Part shown: positions 38,341-47,415 of the stretch, one piece after another
Layout of the letters: every line of letters begins with the position of its first letter
Numbering within the stretch: the stretch's first letter is position 1
NCBI GenBank assembly: GCA_963827235.1
Contig: CAWHAE010000010.1
Coordinates: 800,001 to 864,000 of the forward strand
Direction of reading: 5' to 3'
Length of the DNA stretch: 64,000 bases
Source of the DNA: an uncultured bacterium
GTDB lineage: Bacteria; Chloroflexota; UBA5177; JANWHV01
The notes under the pieces: model-generated
The model's input: the letters and a program-made list of their open reading frames with translations, nothing else
Told to the model about the DNA's origin: nothing
Databases searched by the model: none
Made by a program: the position numbers and the translations under genes

Positions 38341-39642
38341 GTGAACACCGTGAAGATCCTGATGAGTGCGGCAGTGATCGCGGCGCTTGTCGTGCCGGCG
38401 TCGGCACAGCACCCGGGCAGCGCTCTTGCCGCGGCAGGCAAGTGCACCGGCACGCGCGTTGGGCTCAACGTTTCGGGCTGGAGCGGCGCCGACCAGGAAG
38501 GCGACATGGTCCAGCACGAGCTCAGCATGTTCGAAGCTCAGAACCCCTGCATCACTACCTACTTCAGTCCCATTCCCAGCGACTATCAGAAGAAGATCCA
38601 GACCGAGTTTGCCGCCAACGCCGAGCCGGACGTCATGTACATCAGCCCCGACATGACCTACAACGAGGGCAAGGGCGGCAAGCTGCTCGACCTGACGCCG
38701 TACCTTGCCAAGGACGGCGTGAGTCTCGGCCAGTACATCCAATCGCTGCTCAAAGAGTTCCAGATCGGGAACAAGGTCTACGGTTTGCCGAAGGACTGGG
38801 GCACGCTGGGCATCTTCTACAACAAGTCGATCTTCGACGCCAAACACATCGCGTACCCGTCGAACAACTTGACCTGGGACCAGTTCCGCACCCTGGCCAA
38901 GCAGCTCACTACCCAGGCCAGCAATTCCGCTAACACAATATACGGCACGATGATGCCCGAAGACTGGGCCCGCTTCGCCGCAGTCGCGTACGCCTTCGGC
39001 ACCGGCCTCATCGACCCGCTCACCGGCAAGGTGGAGTTCAACAACGCCAATGCCGTCAAGGCCCTCGACTTCTACACGAGCTTCCAGTTGGCCGACCACT
39101 CGGCGACCGTCCCCAGCACGGTCGGCGATGGCTGGCAGGGCGATAGCTTCGGTAAAGGCAAGGTCGCCATGGTGATCGAGGGCGGCTGGCTCACGCCCTA
39201 CCTGCGCAGCACGTACCCCAAGATCAAGTTCGGCGTAGCCCAGATTCCGGTAGGCCCTGCCGGACGCGCCGACCCGCTCTTCACCAACGCGTGGGGCGTC
39301 TCCGCCGATACGGTCAAAGCAGGCAGCGACAAGGCCGCCGTCAAGCTGGCGGAGTTCCTGTCGGGTCCGGTCGTTCAGAAGTACCAGACTGACATCGGAT
39401 TCTCCCTGCCCACGATCAGCTCGCTGGCATCCGACCCCTACATCAAGTCCCATCCGGAGGCCGCCAACCTGTTCAATTCCGGCCCCTACGGCAAGATCGG
39501 CGACTTCGGCACATACGATACTGTCGGTCAGAAGGCGCTCACCGATGCCATCACCGCCGTGCTCCTTGGCAAGGCTACGCCGCAGAAAGCCATTGCCAAC
39601 GCGGCCAACTACATCCAGAGCCAGGAGACCTCGGTGCCGTAG
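38341..39642 (+). CDS. Carbohydrate ABC transporter substrate-binding protein
   Basis: SD GGAGGTGA, signal peptide ASA-Q, PDVMY, KVYGLPKD, IFYNKSIFD, FGKGKVAM. Confidence 0.92.
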   Translation: MNTVKILMSAAVIAALVVPASAQHPGSALAAAGKCTGTRVGLNVSGWSGADQEGDMVQHELSMFEAQNPCITTYFSPIPSDYQKKIQTEFAANAEPDVMYISPDMTYNEGKGGKLLDLTPYLAKDGVSLGQYIQSLLKEFQIGNKVYGLPKDWGTLGIFYNKSIFDAKHIAYPSNNLTWDQFRTLAKQLTTQASNSANTIYGTMMPEDWARFAAVAYAFGTGLIDPLTGKVEFNNANAVKALDFYTSFQLADHSATVPSTVGDGWQGDSFGKGKVAMVIEGGWLTPYLRSTYPKIKFGVAQIPVGPAGRADPLFTNAWGVSADTVKAGSDKAAVKLAEFLSGPVVQKYQTDIGFSLPTISSLASDPYIKSHPEAANLFNSGPYGKIGDFGTYDTVGQKALTDAITAVLLGKATPQKAIANAANYIQSQETSVP

Positions 39643-39662
39643 CGCCGCCGCCGCACGGACGA

Positions 39663-40712
39663 GTGCAATTCGCCCCTACTCATCGTCGGCCCAGGCTGCC
39701 GGAGGTCCTGACAAGGTCTCCGGCAGCCGTCCAGCCAGGGAGCGACACAGATGCAAGCCAAACTGCCGCGGGCAGTCGACTGTCCAGCCATTGTCGGCTA
39801 AACCAGCGCTCCAGCCTGCGCAAGCGCCTTCGCGCCAACCTCACCGCCTATTTGTTTCTGGCTCCTTACCTCTTCGTGCTCTGTGTCTTCACCCTGGGAG
39901 CCTCCGTCTATGGCCTGGCACTGAGCTTCACGCACTACAACTACGGCATCGAGCCGGGGCCCAGATGGATCGGCTTCGCCAACTTTGATTATCTGTGGAA
40001 TCAGTTTCTCAATAACCGTGACAACTTCGACTTCTCCATCGGCCTCGCGAATGCCTTCAAGTACGCCTTCTTCGTCATTATCGGGCAGACCGTGCTCGCG
40101 CTCGGCTACGCTCTCCTCTTGAACGTGCCATTTCGGGGACGGTCCTTCGCGCGCACGGCGATCTACCTGCCCTCGGTTACGTCGTCGGTGGCCGTCTCGC
40201 TGATTTTCATCTTCCTCTACAACAAGGGCGGCGCCATCAACGCCTTCCTTTCTATCTTCCACATCTCCGGCCCGAACTGGCTCAACGATACGGCGACGGC
40301 GCTGCCCGCGATCATGCTCATGAACATCTACACGACGGCACCCACGTTCATGGTGCTGTTCCTGGCCGCGCTGCAGGGCATGCCGACGTCCCTTTACGAA
40401 GCCGCCAAGGTAGACGGCGCAAATGGCCTGGCCCTGTTCCGCCACATCACGCTGCCGTTGTTACGTCCGACGATGTTCATGATCGTCGCCCTGGGCACCA
40501 TCGGATCCTTGCAGGTGTTCGATCAGATCAAGGTGATGACGAGCGGCGGGCCGCTCAATGCCACTATGATGCCCGTCTACAGTATCTACGACGAGGCGTT
40601 CAACCAGGGGCGCTTCGGCCTTGCGTCCTCCATGGCGGCGGTGCTCTTCGTGATCATCCTGGCGATCACTGCAGTGCAGCGACGCTTCATTGATGCGACA
40701 GTCCAGTATTGA
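39663..40712 (+). CDS. Carbohydrate ABC transporter permease (the true start may be ATG 39751 with an indel)
   Basis: AYLFLAPY, WIGFANF, LYEAAKVDGA, MTSGGP. Confidence 0.9.
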   Translation: MQFAPTHRRPRLPEVLTRSPAAVQPGSDTDASQTAAGSRLSSHCRLNQRSSLRKRLRANLTAYLFLAPYLFVLCVFTLGASVYGLALSFTHYNYGIEPGPRWIGFANFDYLWNQFLNNRDNFDFSIGLANAFKYAFFVIIGQTVLALGYALLLNVPFRGRSFARTAIYLPSVTSSVAVSLIFIFLYNKGGAINAFLSIFHISGPNWLNDTATALPAIMLMNIYTTAPTFMVLFLAALQGMPTSLYEAAKVDGANGLALFRHITLPLLRPTMFMIVALGTIGSLQVFDQIKVMTSGGPLNATMMPVYSIYDEAFNQGRFGLASSMAAVLFVIILAITAVQRRFIDATVQY

Positions 40713-40721
40713 GTGGAGGGC

Positions 40722-41633
40722 ATGACCATGGCTAGCGAGCCCGGAACCGGACTAGTCGCAAAAGGTACGTCGACGTTGGCCGTATCGCCGCGGGTGCTGC
40801 GCAAGTTCACGCTTATCTACGCGTTGCTTGCAGTCTGCGGCTTCGTCGCCCTGGCGCCGTTTATCTTTGCCTCGCTCTCGGCCTTCAAGACGGCTGACAC
40901 CGTACTAGAGTATCCTCCCAGAATCTTTCCCCACCCCTGGACCTGGTCGAACATCACCTCCCTGTTCAATAGCAACATTAGCGACGTGTTCTTCGTCCGG
41001 TGGCTCGTCAACAGCCTGGTCTACGCGGCGGCCATCATGTCCCTCAATCTGGTCTTCAGCTCCATGGCAGCTTTCGCCCTGGCACGGCTGGACTTCCGTG
41101 GCAAAACCCTCTGGTTCTGGGTCACGCTGTCCGTGATGATGATTCCCGGCCAGATCAACTGGATCAGCGTGTACATCATCCTGCGCAACTTCGGTCCCTT
41201 CAATCTGATCAACACCTACTGGGCGATCATTCTGCCGGCGGCGGCGCAGCCGTTTTCCGTCTTCCTGCTCACGCAGTTCCTCAAAGGCTTGCCGGTTGAG
41301 ATCGAAGAAGCGGCGACCATCGACGGCGCGAACCGCTTCCGTGTCTATTGGCAAATCATTCTGCCCATGGCCAAGCCGGCAATGGTAGCAGCGGGCATTC
41401 TGAGCTTCCAGGGAGCATGGAACATGTTCATCCAGCCACTGCTCTACCTTGACGACCCGCACAAGTTCCCGCTCACCGTGGGCTTGCAGTTCTTCAACGG
41501 CCAATATGCCGGGCACACGAATCTGATCCTGGCAGGCGCCCTCTTCAATACTGTGCCCATGGTGATCATCTTCTTCGTCTTCCAGCGCTACTTCATCCAG
41601 GGCGCCGCCACCAGCGGCCTGGCGGGACGCTAA
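40722..41633 (+). CDS. Carbohydrate ABC transporter permease
   Basis: AAFALARLDFRG, IEEAATIDGA, WNMF, FQRYFIQG. Confidence 0.92.
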   Translation: MTMASEPGTGLVAKGTSTLAVSPRVLRKFTLIYALLAVCGFVALAPFIFASLSAFKTADTVLEYPPRIFPHPWTWSNITSLFNSNISDVFFVRWLVNSLVYAAAIMSLNLVFSSMAAFALARLDFRGKTLWFWVTLSVMMIPGQINWISVYIILRNFGPFNLINTYWAIILPAAAQPFSVFLLTQFLKGLPVEIEEAATIDGANRFRVYWQIILPMAKPAMVAAGILSFQGAWNMFIQPLLYLDDPHKFPLTVGLQFFNGQYAGHTNLILAGALFNTVPMVIIFFVFQRYFIQGAATSGLAGR

Positions 41634-41787
41634 TACTACAGCGACATTTCCGTTCTCGGCTTCTTGGCTGTCTCTCGAGACAGCGAGCGAAAAGTCTGCC
41701 TCACGCGGCAGGCCTCCAGACGAGGCAGGGCTACATCTCACTGCAGTACCAACAATCATTGGACCCAAGAGTGTACGCCAAGGCAGA

Positions 41788-41988
41788 TTAGCCGCGAATC
41801 GCGAAGACAAAGCCGCTGCCCCAACCCGTATGCTCAAGCTGCAGCCGTGTCTGCGCGACATCCAGTGCGCGCAGCCGCACCGTCACCGCAGTGGGTGGCG
41901 GCGTGACGTTCATCAGGTCCGCGTGCGGCACCGGGCCCTTCCAGGTGAACGCGAGCTCCTCATGCTGGCGGACCGACGTGATTGTGCA
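41788..41988 (-). pseudogene. Remnant of an SRPBCC/AHSA1-like gene
   Basis: Manual translation CTITSVRQHEELAFTWKGPVPHADLMNVTPPPTAVTVRLRALDVAQTRLQLEHTGWGSG...stop; no recognisable N-terminal half or start. Confidence 0.55.
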
Positions 41989-42429
41989 GACAGGGTCGCG
42001 CCCTCGAACCGGCGCCGGGCGGCACCGTGTCCCGGCACGTTCGCGCAGCCCCGAATGGTGGACCTTGGCCCGACCATTCCGGGTCTGCGACTCGGCCGGG
42101 TTGCCTCTGCCGGATGCGCGCCGTGATCGGCCGAACTCGGCGGACGTGTGTGCCGGCGCTATACTCGACTAGGGCGGCTGTGCTCGACGGCACGTCTGCC
42201 AACGACTGGGGTCGGCACACTGCACAGTCCTGGAGAACACCGGGTGGAGCTTCGCGGCGGACGTCGGCAGCGCACGGCATCCGCGCGGAGGCAAGATCCC
42301 GATGTGGGCGTGGGGGCATGCGAACGGCTTTCGCCGGCGCGTGATCTCCGTCCCGCCGGCGGGCGTGACAACAGCCCTGCCCGCCGTACGTGCGGACCGA
42401 TCGCGGGAGGCGTGCCGGCACCAGGCGGC

Positions 42430-42954
42430 GTGCGGCTCCGGTCCACCTGCGCAACCGGGCTGATAGCGTGCGCGCTCGCCTTGTCGGGGTGTTCGGGTGC
42501 CGCGTCTCAGCAGTCCGTTCCTGCCGCGGCGTCTGCCAAGGTCGCCGTCACGGCCACGGCATCGCCGGTGGACACATCCGTGCATGCCTCGCCCGCAGTC
42601 ACACGCACGCCGGTGGCGCAAACACCGGCGGCTTCGCCCGCGCGGCCGGCAAGCACGGTGTCCGACACGGCAGCCGATGTCGCGGAAGGCAGCGTGCTGG
42701 TGCAGGCTCAATGTGTCTGGTGCCACAGCCTGGCCGGTGCCGGCATTACGGCGTCCTCCGCGTCGATCGCGCCGCCCCTCGACCACGTGGGTGCGGGACA
42801 CAGCCGCGATTGGCTCAGCGCTGCGCTCGTCGATGCCTGCGCGCACCACAAGCTCGGCTCCCCATACGTGTGCACTCAGAAGCACAATACGGTGGCCGCG
42901 CTGACGGCGGAGCAACGCGATCAGATCGTGACCTATCTGCTCACGCTGAAGTGA
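42430..42954 (+). CDS. Putative lipoprotein c-type cytochrome
   Basis: Lipobox LSGC, Ala/Pro/Thr linker, CVWCH heme motif, APPLDHVG, LTAEQRDQIVTYLLTLK C-terminal helix. Confidence 0.7.
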   Translation: MRLRSTCATGLIACALALSGCSGAASQQSVPAAASAKVAVTATASPVDTSVHASPAVTRTPVAQTPAASPARPASTVSDTAADVAEGSVLVQAQCVWCHSLAGAGITASSASIAPPLDHVGAGHSRDWLSAALVDACAHHKLGSPYVCTQKHNTVAALTAEQRDQIVTYLLTLK

Positions 42955-43005
42955 ACAACGGCCACGCTCGACAGACGCAGCGCGCCCCTTGGCGTGTGGA
43001 CGGGG

Positions 43006-43077
43006 TGGCGGCGGGTGGATTTGAACCACCGACCCACGGCTTATGAGTCCGCTGCTCTACCGCTGAGCTACGCCGCC
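43006..43077 (-). tRNA. tRNA-Met(CAT), elongator type; CCA not encoded
   Basis: GGCGGCG TA GCTC AGCGGTA GAGC A GCGGA CTCATAA GCCGT GGGTC GGTGG TTCAAAT CCACC CGCCGCC A cloverleaf; a G1-C72 pair argues against initiator; G4G5 argues against Ile2. Confidence 0.93.
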
Positions 43078-43202
43078 GAACCAGGTACGTACAGGGGGGT
43101 CAGGCGAATTGTATCAAGGGCCCGGCCATGGCGACAAGCATGCTCCTTTGCGCAAATGTATACTGCGGCATGGAAACGCCAAAGTGAGGGAGGGGACGAC
43201 GA

Positions 43203-45536
43203 ATGACTCTGACGCCCACAGAGATCGAAGCGATCATAGCCGGACGAGGCCGCGCCGTCGCCACCGATTTGCTCGGGCCACATCTCCTACCATCCGGGGA
43301 GCTTCGCATCGTTGTCTTTCAGCCGGGCAGCAGAGAGGTCGTGGTGCGGCCGGACGACGAGGCCGCCGCTTCGACGCCGATGGAGCGAGTCCACGAGTCC
43401 GGCGTTTTCGAGACAGTGTTTCCCAGCACGCAGACGCCGCGCGGCTACTCTCTCGAGATCGAGAGGTGGGGGCAAAGGTTTGTACGTCGAGATCCGTACG
43501 CCTATCCGCCACTGATCAGCGACCTGGACCTGTACACCGTTGGCCAGGGCACAAACGTCCAGTCCTATGACGTGCTCGGCGCCCACCCTCGCCGTATCGA
43601 CGGTGTGGACGGCGTGCACTTTGCCGTTTGGGCGCCGCACGCGCGCTGGGTCAGCGTGATCGGCGACTTCAACGAGTGGCACAACAGGCAGCATCCCTGC
43701 CGTAAGCGAGGTGATGGCGGCATCTGGGAGTTGTTCATCCCAGACGTCGCCGCCGGCGCGCACTACAAGTACCACATCGAGTCCGGCATCGGCGGCTACG
43801 TGGTCGACAAGGCCGATCCGTATGCCTTCACGGCGGAGGTACGGCCGGAGACGGCGTCCATCGTAGCCGACATCTCGCACCTGGAGTGGCACGACGGCGC
43901 CTGGCTGGAGTGGCGCGCCCAGTCCGTGGGTCTCGAAAGACCACTGCTGATCTACGAGGTACACGCGGGATCCTGGCGCAGAGCCCAGGACGGCGGCATG
44001 CTCAACTACCGGGAGCTGGCCCTGCAACTGGTGGATTATGTCAAGTTCATGGGTTTCACGCACGTCGAGCTAATGCCGGTTACCGAGCACCCATTCGACG
44101 TGAGCTGGGGTTATCAGACCACGGGATACTACGCCCCGACGAGCAGACACGGCTCCCCGGAGGATTTCGCCTACCTGGTCGACCTCTGCCACCAGAACGG
44201 TATCGGCGTACTGCTGGACTGGGTGCCGTCGCACTTTGCCAAAGAGGGGCATGGACTCGGCTACTTCGACGGCGTGCATCTCTACGAACACGCGGACCCC
44301 CGCCAGGGTGAGCACCTCGACTGGGGCACGTACGTCTTCAACTATGGCCGTGGCGAGGTGATGACCTTCCTGCTCTCCAATGCCATGTTCTGGCTGAAGC
44401 AGTACCACATCGATGGGCTGAGAGTGGATGCCGTTGCATCCATGCTCTACCTCGACCATCAGCGTCCGGCGGGAGCCTGGGTGCCCAACCGTCATGGTGG
44501 CCGTGAGAACCTCGACGCCGTGGAGTTCCTACGGCGGTTCAACGTGCTCGTGCACGAGCAATGTCCCGGTGTCGTCACCATGGCCGAGGAGTCCACCTCA
44601 TGGCCGATGGTATCGCGCCCGGTCTACATCGGCGGATTGGGCTTCACGCTCAAGTGGAACATGGGCTGGATGCACGACACACTGGAATACATCAAGGCCG
44701 ACCCGCTTTACCGCCGGCACCTGCACAACTCGATGACATTCTCCATGCTGTACTACTATTCGGAGAACTTCCTGCTGCCGCTCTCGCACGACGAGGTCGT
44801 GCATGGGAAGAGCCCGCTCGTCTACAAGTCGCCGGGCGACGAATGGCGCAAGTTCGCCACGCTCCGCCTCCTCTTCGGCTATATGTGGGCCCATCCAGGA
44901 AAGAAGCTGCTGTTCATGGGAGGCGAGTTCGGGCAAACGTCCGAGTGGTACTACGCGGCCGCCCTCCACTGGGAGCTGCTGCAGTTCGAGGCGCACCAGG
45001 GCGTGCAGCGCTGGCTGCGCGACCTCAACCGCCTGTATCTCGACAACCGGGAGTTCTTCGAGCTCGACTACGATCCCGCCGGATTCGAGTGGATCGACTG
45101 CCGCGACGTCGACCAGAGCGTCCTGATCATGATGCGCAAAGGACGGTCGGACACGCGGCTCGATGCAGAATTGAAAGAGCTGGAGGACCGGGCCGAATAC
45201 CTGGCAGGCGTACATAACCTCGACGTCTCGTACTCGGCGCTCGAGCGTGAAGAGCAGAGGCGCCGAATACGCTGGGAAGTCGAATGCTCGCGCCCGTTCA
45301 CGATCGTGGCATGCAACTTCACGCCCGTGGTGCGCCATGGCTACGTCGTCGGCATGCCGCGGCCGGGACGCTACGTAGAGGTCCTGAACAGCGACGCCGC
45401 GCACTACGGCGGCAGCAACGTGATCAATGAGGGAGTCTTTGAGACGCAGCCTCGGAGAATACACGGAAGGGACCAAGCGATTACCATCACGCTGCCGCCA
45501 CTGGGCGTGACAGTGCTCAAGCCAAGTCAGGAGTGA
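43203..45536 (+). CDS. glgB: 1,4-alpha-glucan branching enzyme
   Basis: FAVWAPHA, IYEVHAGSW, SWGYQ, LDWVPSHF, DGLRVDAVASMLY, AEEST, LSHDEVVHGK. Confidence 0.96.
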   Translation: MTLTPTEIEAIIAGRGRAVATDLLGPHLLPSGELRIVVFQPGSREVVVRPDDEAAASTPMERVHESGVFETVFPSTQTPRGYSLEIERWGQRFVRRDPYAYPPLISDLDLYTVGQGTNVQSYDVLGAHPRRIDGVDGVHFAVWAPHARWVSVIGDFNEWHNRQHPCRKRGDGGIWELFIPDVAAGAHYKYHIESGIGGYVVDKADPYAFTAEVRPETASIVADISHLEWHDGAWLEWRAQSVGLERPLLIYEVHAGSWRRAQDGGMLNYRELALQLVDYVKFMGFTHVELMPVTEHPFDVSWGYQTTGYYAPTSRHGSPEDFAYLVDLCHQNGIGVLLDWVPSHFAKEGHGLGYFDGVHLYEHADPRQGEHLDWGTYVFNYGRGEVMTFLLSNAMFWLKQYHIDGLRVDAVASMLYLDHQRPAGAWVPNRHGGRENLDAVEFLRRFNVLVHEQCPGVVTMAEESTSWPMVSRPVYIGGLGFTLKWNMGWMHDTLEYIKADPLYRRHLHNSMTFSMLYYYSENFLLPLSHDEVVHGKSPLVYKSPGDEWRKFATLRLLFGYMWAHPGKKLLFMGGEFGQTSEWYYAAALHWELLQFEAHQGVQRWLRDLNRLYLDNREFFELDYDPAGFEWIDCRDVDQSVLIMMRKGRSDTRLDAELKELEDRAEYLAGVHNLDVSYSALEREEQRRRIRWEVECSRPFTIVACNFTPVVRHGYVVGMPRPGRYVEVLNSDAAHYGGSNVINEGVFETQPRRIHGRDQAITITLPPLGVTVLKPSQE

Positions 45537-45569
45537 GCGTCGCGAAGTGCCGCCCTCACGGCGGCGCCA

Positions 45570-45776
45570 TCATCCCGGCGCCAGCTCGGGAACCTGGCGG
45601 ATATCCTCCTCGGGCAGCGACGCCGCCTCATCCAGCCAGAGGTCGACGTGCCTGCAGGTTCTGCAGACATACGCCACCAGTGCCGGTTGGCTTGCCAGTA
45701 TAGAGGCGATCCGGGGTAGGAGTCCGGTCGACAGCGCGGCCGTATCGAGACTCCGGCAGTTCGTGCATGGTCGCAT
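45570..45776 (-). CDS. Small putative zinc-ribbon protein
   Basis: MRPCTNC...YVCRTCRH with two CxxC pairs; SD AGGGAG before ATG. Confidence 0.55.
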   Translation of the reverse strand: MRPCTNCRSLDTAALSTGLLPRIASILASQPALVAYVCRTCRHVDLWLDEAASLPEEDIRQVPELAPG

Positions 45777-46050
45777 GATCTCTCCCTGTCCCCCGGCGTG
45801 CTGATCCAGGCCCGCATACCGGGTCCGGCTCGGCGCTCGACGGATGCCGCGGCTGCGCCGCGGCAGAGCAGTGCTCGCTCACCGTCAGCGGCCTGGATGC
45901 ACCGCCCTACTTTCATACACGATTCTAGCGCACGGCGTCCCCAAGCCGCTCTCGCTCTCGGCCGCGGGACCGGCCTGAAGCGCGGGCCGCCCGGTATGAT
46001 GAAGAGGAGACATCGGCCGGACGACGCTCCGGAGTGGAAGGGTGCGACAC

Positions 46051-46503
46051 TTGAACATATTGATTGCCAGCGGGCCCAATCTCAATCTCTTGGGATTTCG
46101 GGAGCCCGATATCTACGGCTCGGCGACGCTCGAACAGATCCACCATAGGCTGCAGCAGGAGGCAGAGCTACTCGGCTGCACGATAACCTGCTTCCAATCG
46201 AACCACGAGGGTGCGCTGATCGACTTTCTGCACGAGAACCGCGCCACCGCGGCGGGCGCTCTTCTCAATCCCGGCGGCCTGGCCCACACAAGTGTGAGCC
46301 TGCACGATGCCATCAAGTCCGTGCCGTATCCGGTTGTGGAAGTTCACATGTCGAACGTGCACGCGCGCGAAGAATACCGGCACCACCTGGTGACGGCACC
46401 TGCCACGCTTGGCCAGGTGGTCGGTTTCGGCTGGTTGAGCTACCTGGCGGCGTTCTGGGGCCTCGTTGCCCACCTGAGGAACGAGAAGCCCGACTCCGTG
46501 TGA
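46051..46503 (+). CDS. aroQ: Type II 3-dehydroquinate dehydratase
   Basis: GPNLNLLGFREPDIYG, FQSNHEG, NPGGLAHTSV, VEVHMSNVHARE. Confidence 0.96.
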   Translation: MNILIASGPNLNLLGFREPDIYGSATLEQIHHRLQQEAELLGCTITCFQSNHEGALIDFLHENRATAAGALLNPGGLAHTSVSLHDAIKSVPYPVVEVHMSNVHAREEYRHHLVTAPATLGQVVGFGWLSYLAAFWGLVAHLRNEKPDSV

Positions 46504-46513
46504 TGCGGAGCGC

Positions 46514-47248
46514 TCAGGCGTCTGGGGGTAGCGGTGCGCCGCCCGCCCCCGGTCCCGAGTGCGTCTCCCTGGCCGCCAGTATCCCGCCCCACAGCGCGGC
46601 CCCAGCGGTCAGCGCCAGGGCAGGCGGGACCGCGATCAGCGCGATGCTGAGCAGCAAGATCAGCCCGAACAGGGTCAGCGACGGATCCGGCTGCGAGCCA
46701 TCCAGGATGACGAACAGCAGAAGAAACCCGCCCAGTGCCGACAAGAAACAGCCCTCGGCGGCGGCGAAGAGATTGAGGGCAGAGTTGAACTGGCGAAGAG
46801 ACGAGGCGGCCCGAACCGCCAGCAACAGCCACACAGCGCCGAAGAGGCCCTGTGTCGCGCCGGTCAGCACGTACCAGATCTGGGTGAGAAGCTCGTCCTG
46901 CCGGTACGCAGCCCAGTTCAGCCCGGTGACGGCGACCCACAGGGCCGCCGTGGCCAATCCAGCGGCGATCAGGGATTGCGACGGAGTGATGAGCGTGCGT
47001 ATAGCCTGGTGGCCGAGGGCGCGAGCCACGAACGCAGCCACGAAACCCACCACCAGGGCGGTGACAATCGCCGTTGCCTGCAGCACCAGGATAGTCTGCA
47101 CCACGTCGTTCTGCAGCACACCGGCATGGAACACGCCGGCGCTATAGGAGACCGCCGGCGCCAGATGGCCAAGTGCCCAGAGCGCGGGAAGCATGGCAGC
47201 GACGGCCCACCAGTATTTGAGATTGAGCATCCGGTACAGAGTGGTCAC
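46514..47248 (-). CDS. Hypothetical integral membrane protein
   Basis: About 6 hydrophobic segments; GTG start after SD GGAGG. Confidence 0.6.
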   Translation of the reverse strand: MTTLYRMLNLKYWWAVAAMLPALWALGHLAPAVSYSAGVFHAGVLQNDVVQTILVLQATAIVTALVVGFVAAFVARALGHQAIRTLITPSQSLIAAGLATAALWVAVTGLNWAAYRQDELLTQIWYVLTGATQGLFGAVWLLLAVRAASSLRQFNSALNLFAAAEGCFLSALGGFLLLFVILDGSQPDPSLTLFGLILLLSIALIAVPPALALTAGAALWGGILAARETHSGPGAGGAPLPPDA

Positions 47249-47415
47249 CCGCCCCCTCCGATCTTGCGCTCCCGCCGCGGGCACCTGCCGCTCCGGCCGA
47301 GATAACGCGTACGTATAGCGGCCGACAATTGGTCACTTCGAGCCCCAACCGGCGTACGGCTGTCCCGCCGGGCCGGCGTTGCAGCGGCTAGCCCTACCAT
47401 AGCGCAACGCTTGTC

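Noticed and set aside
41893-41903. 11-bp match (GGGTGGCGGCG) to the tRNA-Met 3' end as a possible att site
   Set aside because: Short, GC-rich, lies within the SRPBCC relic's PPPT codons, and no integrase is present.
43006-43077. tRNA as initiator Met or Ile2, or as a pseudo-tRNA because of the A31-G39 mismatch
   Set aside because: The acceptor stem fits elongator Met, all other arms are intact, and a similar 31-39 mismatch occurs in some elongator Met tRNAs.
45145-45292. GlgB insertion as a mini-intein
   Set aside because: Too short and lacks the His-Asn C-terminal splicing motif.
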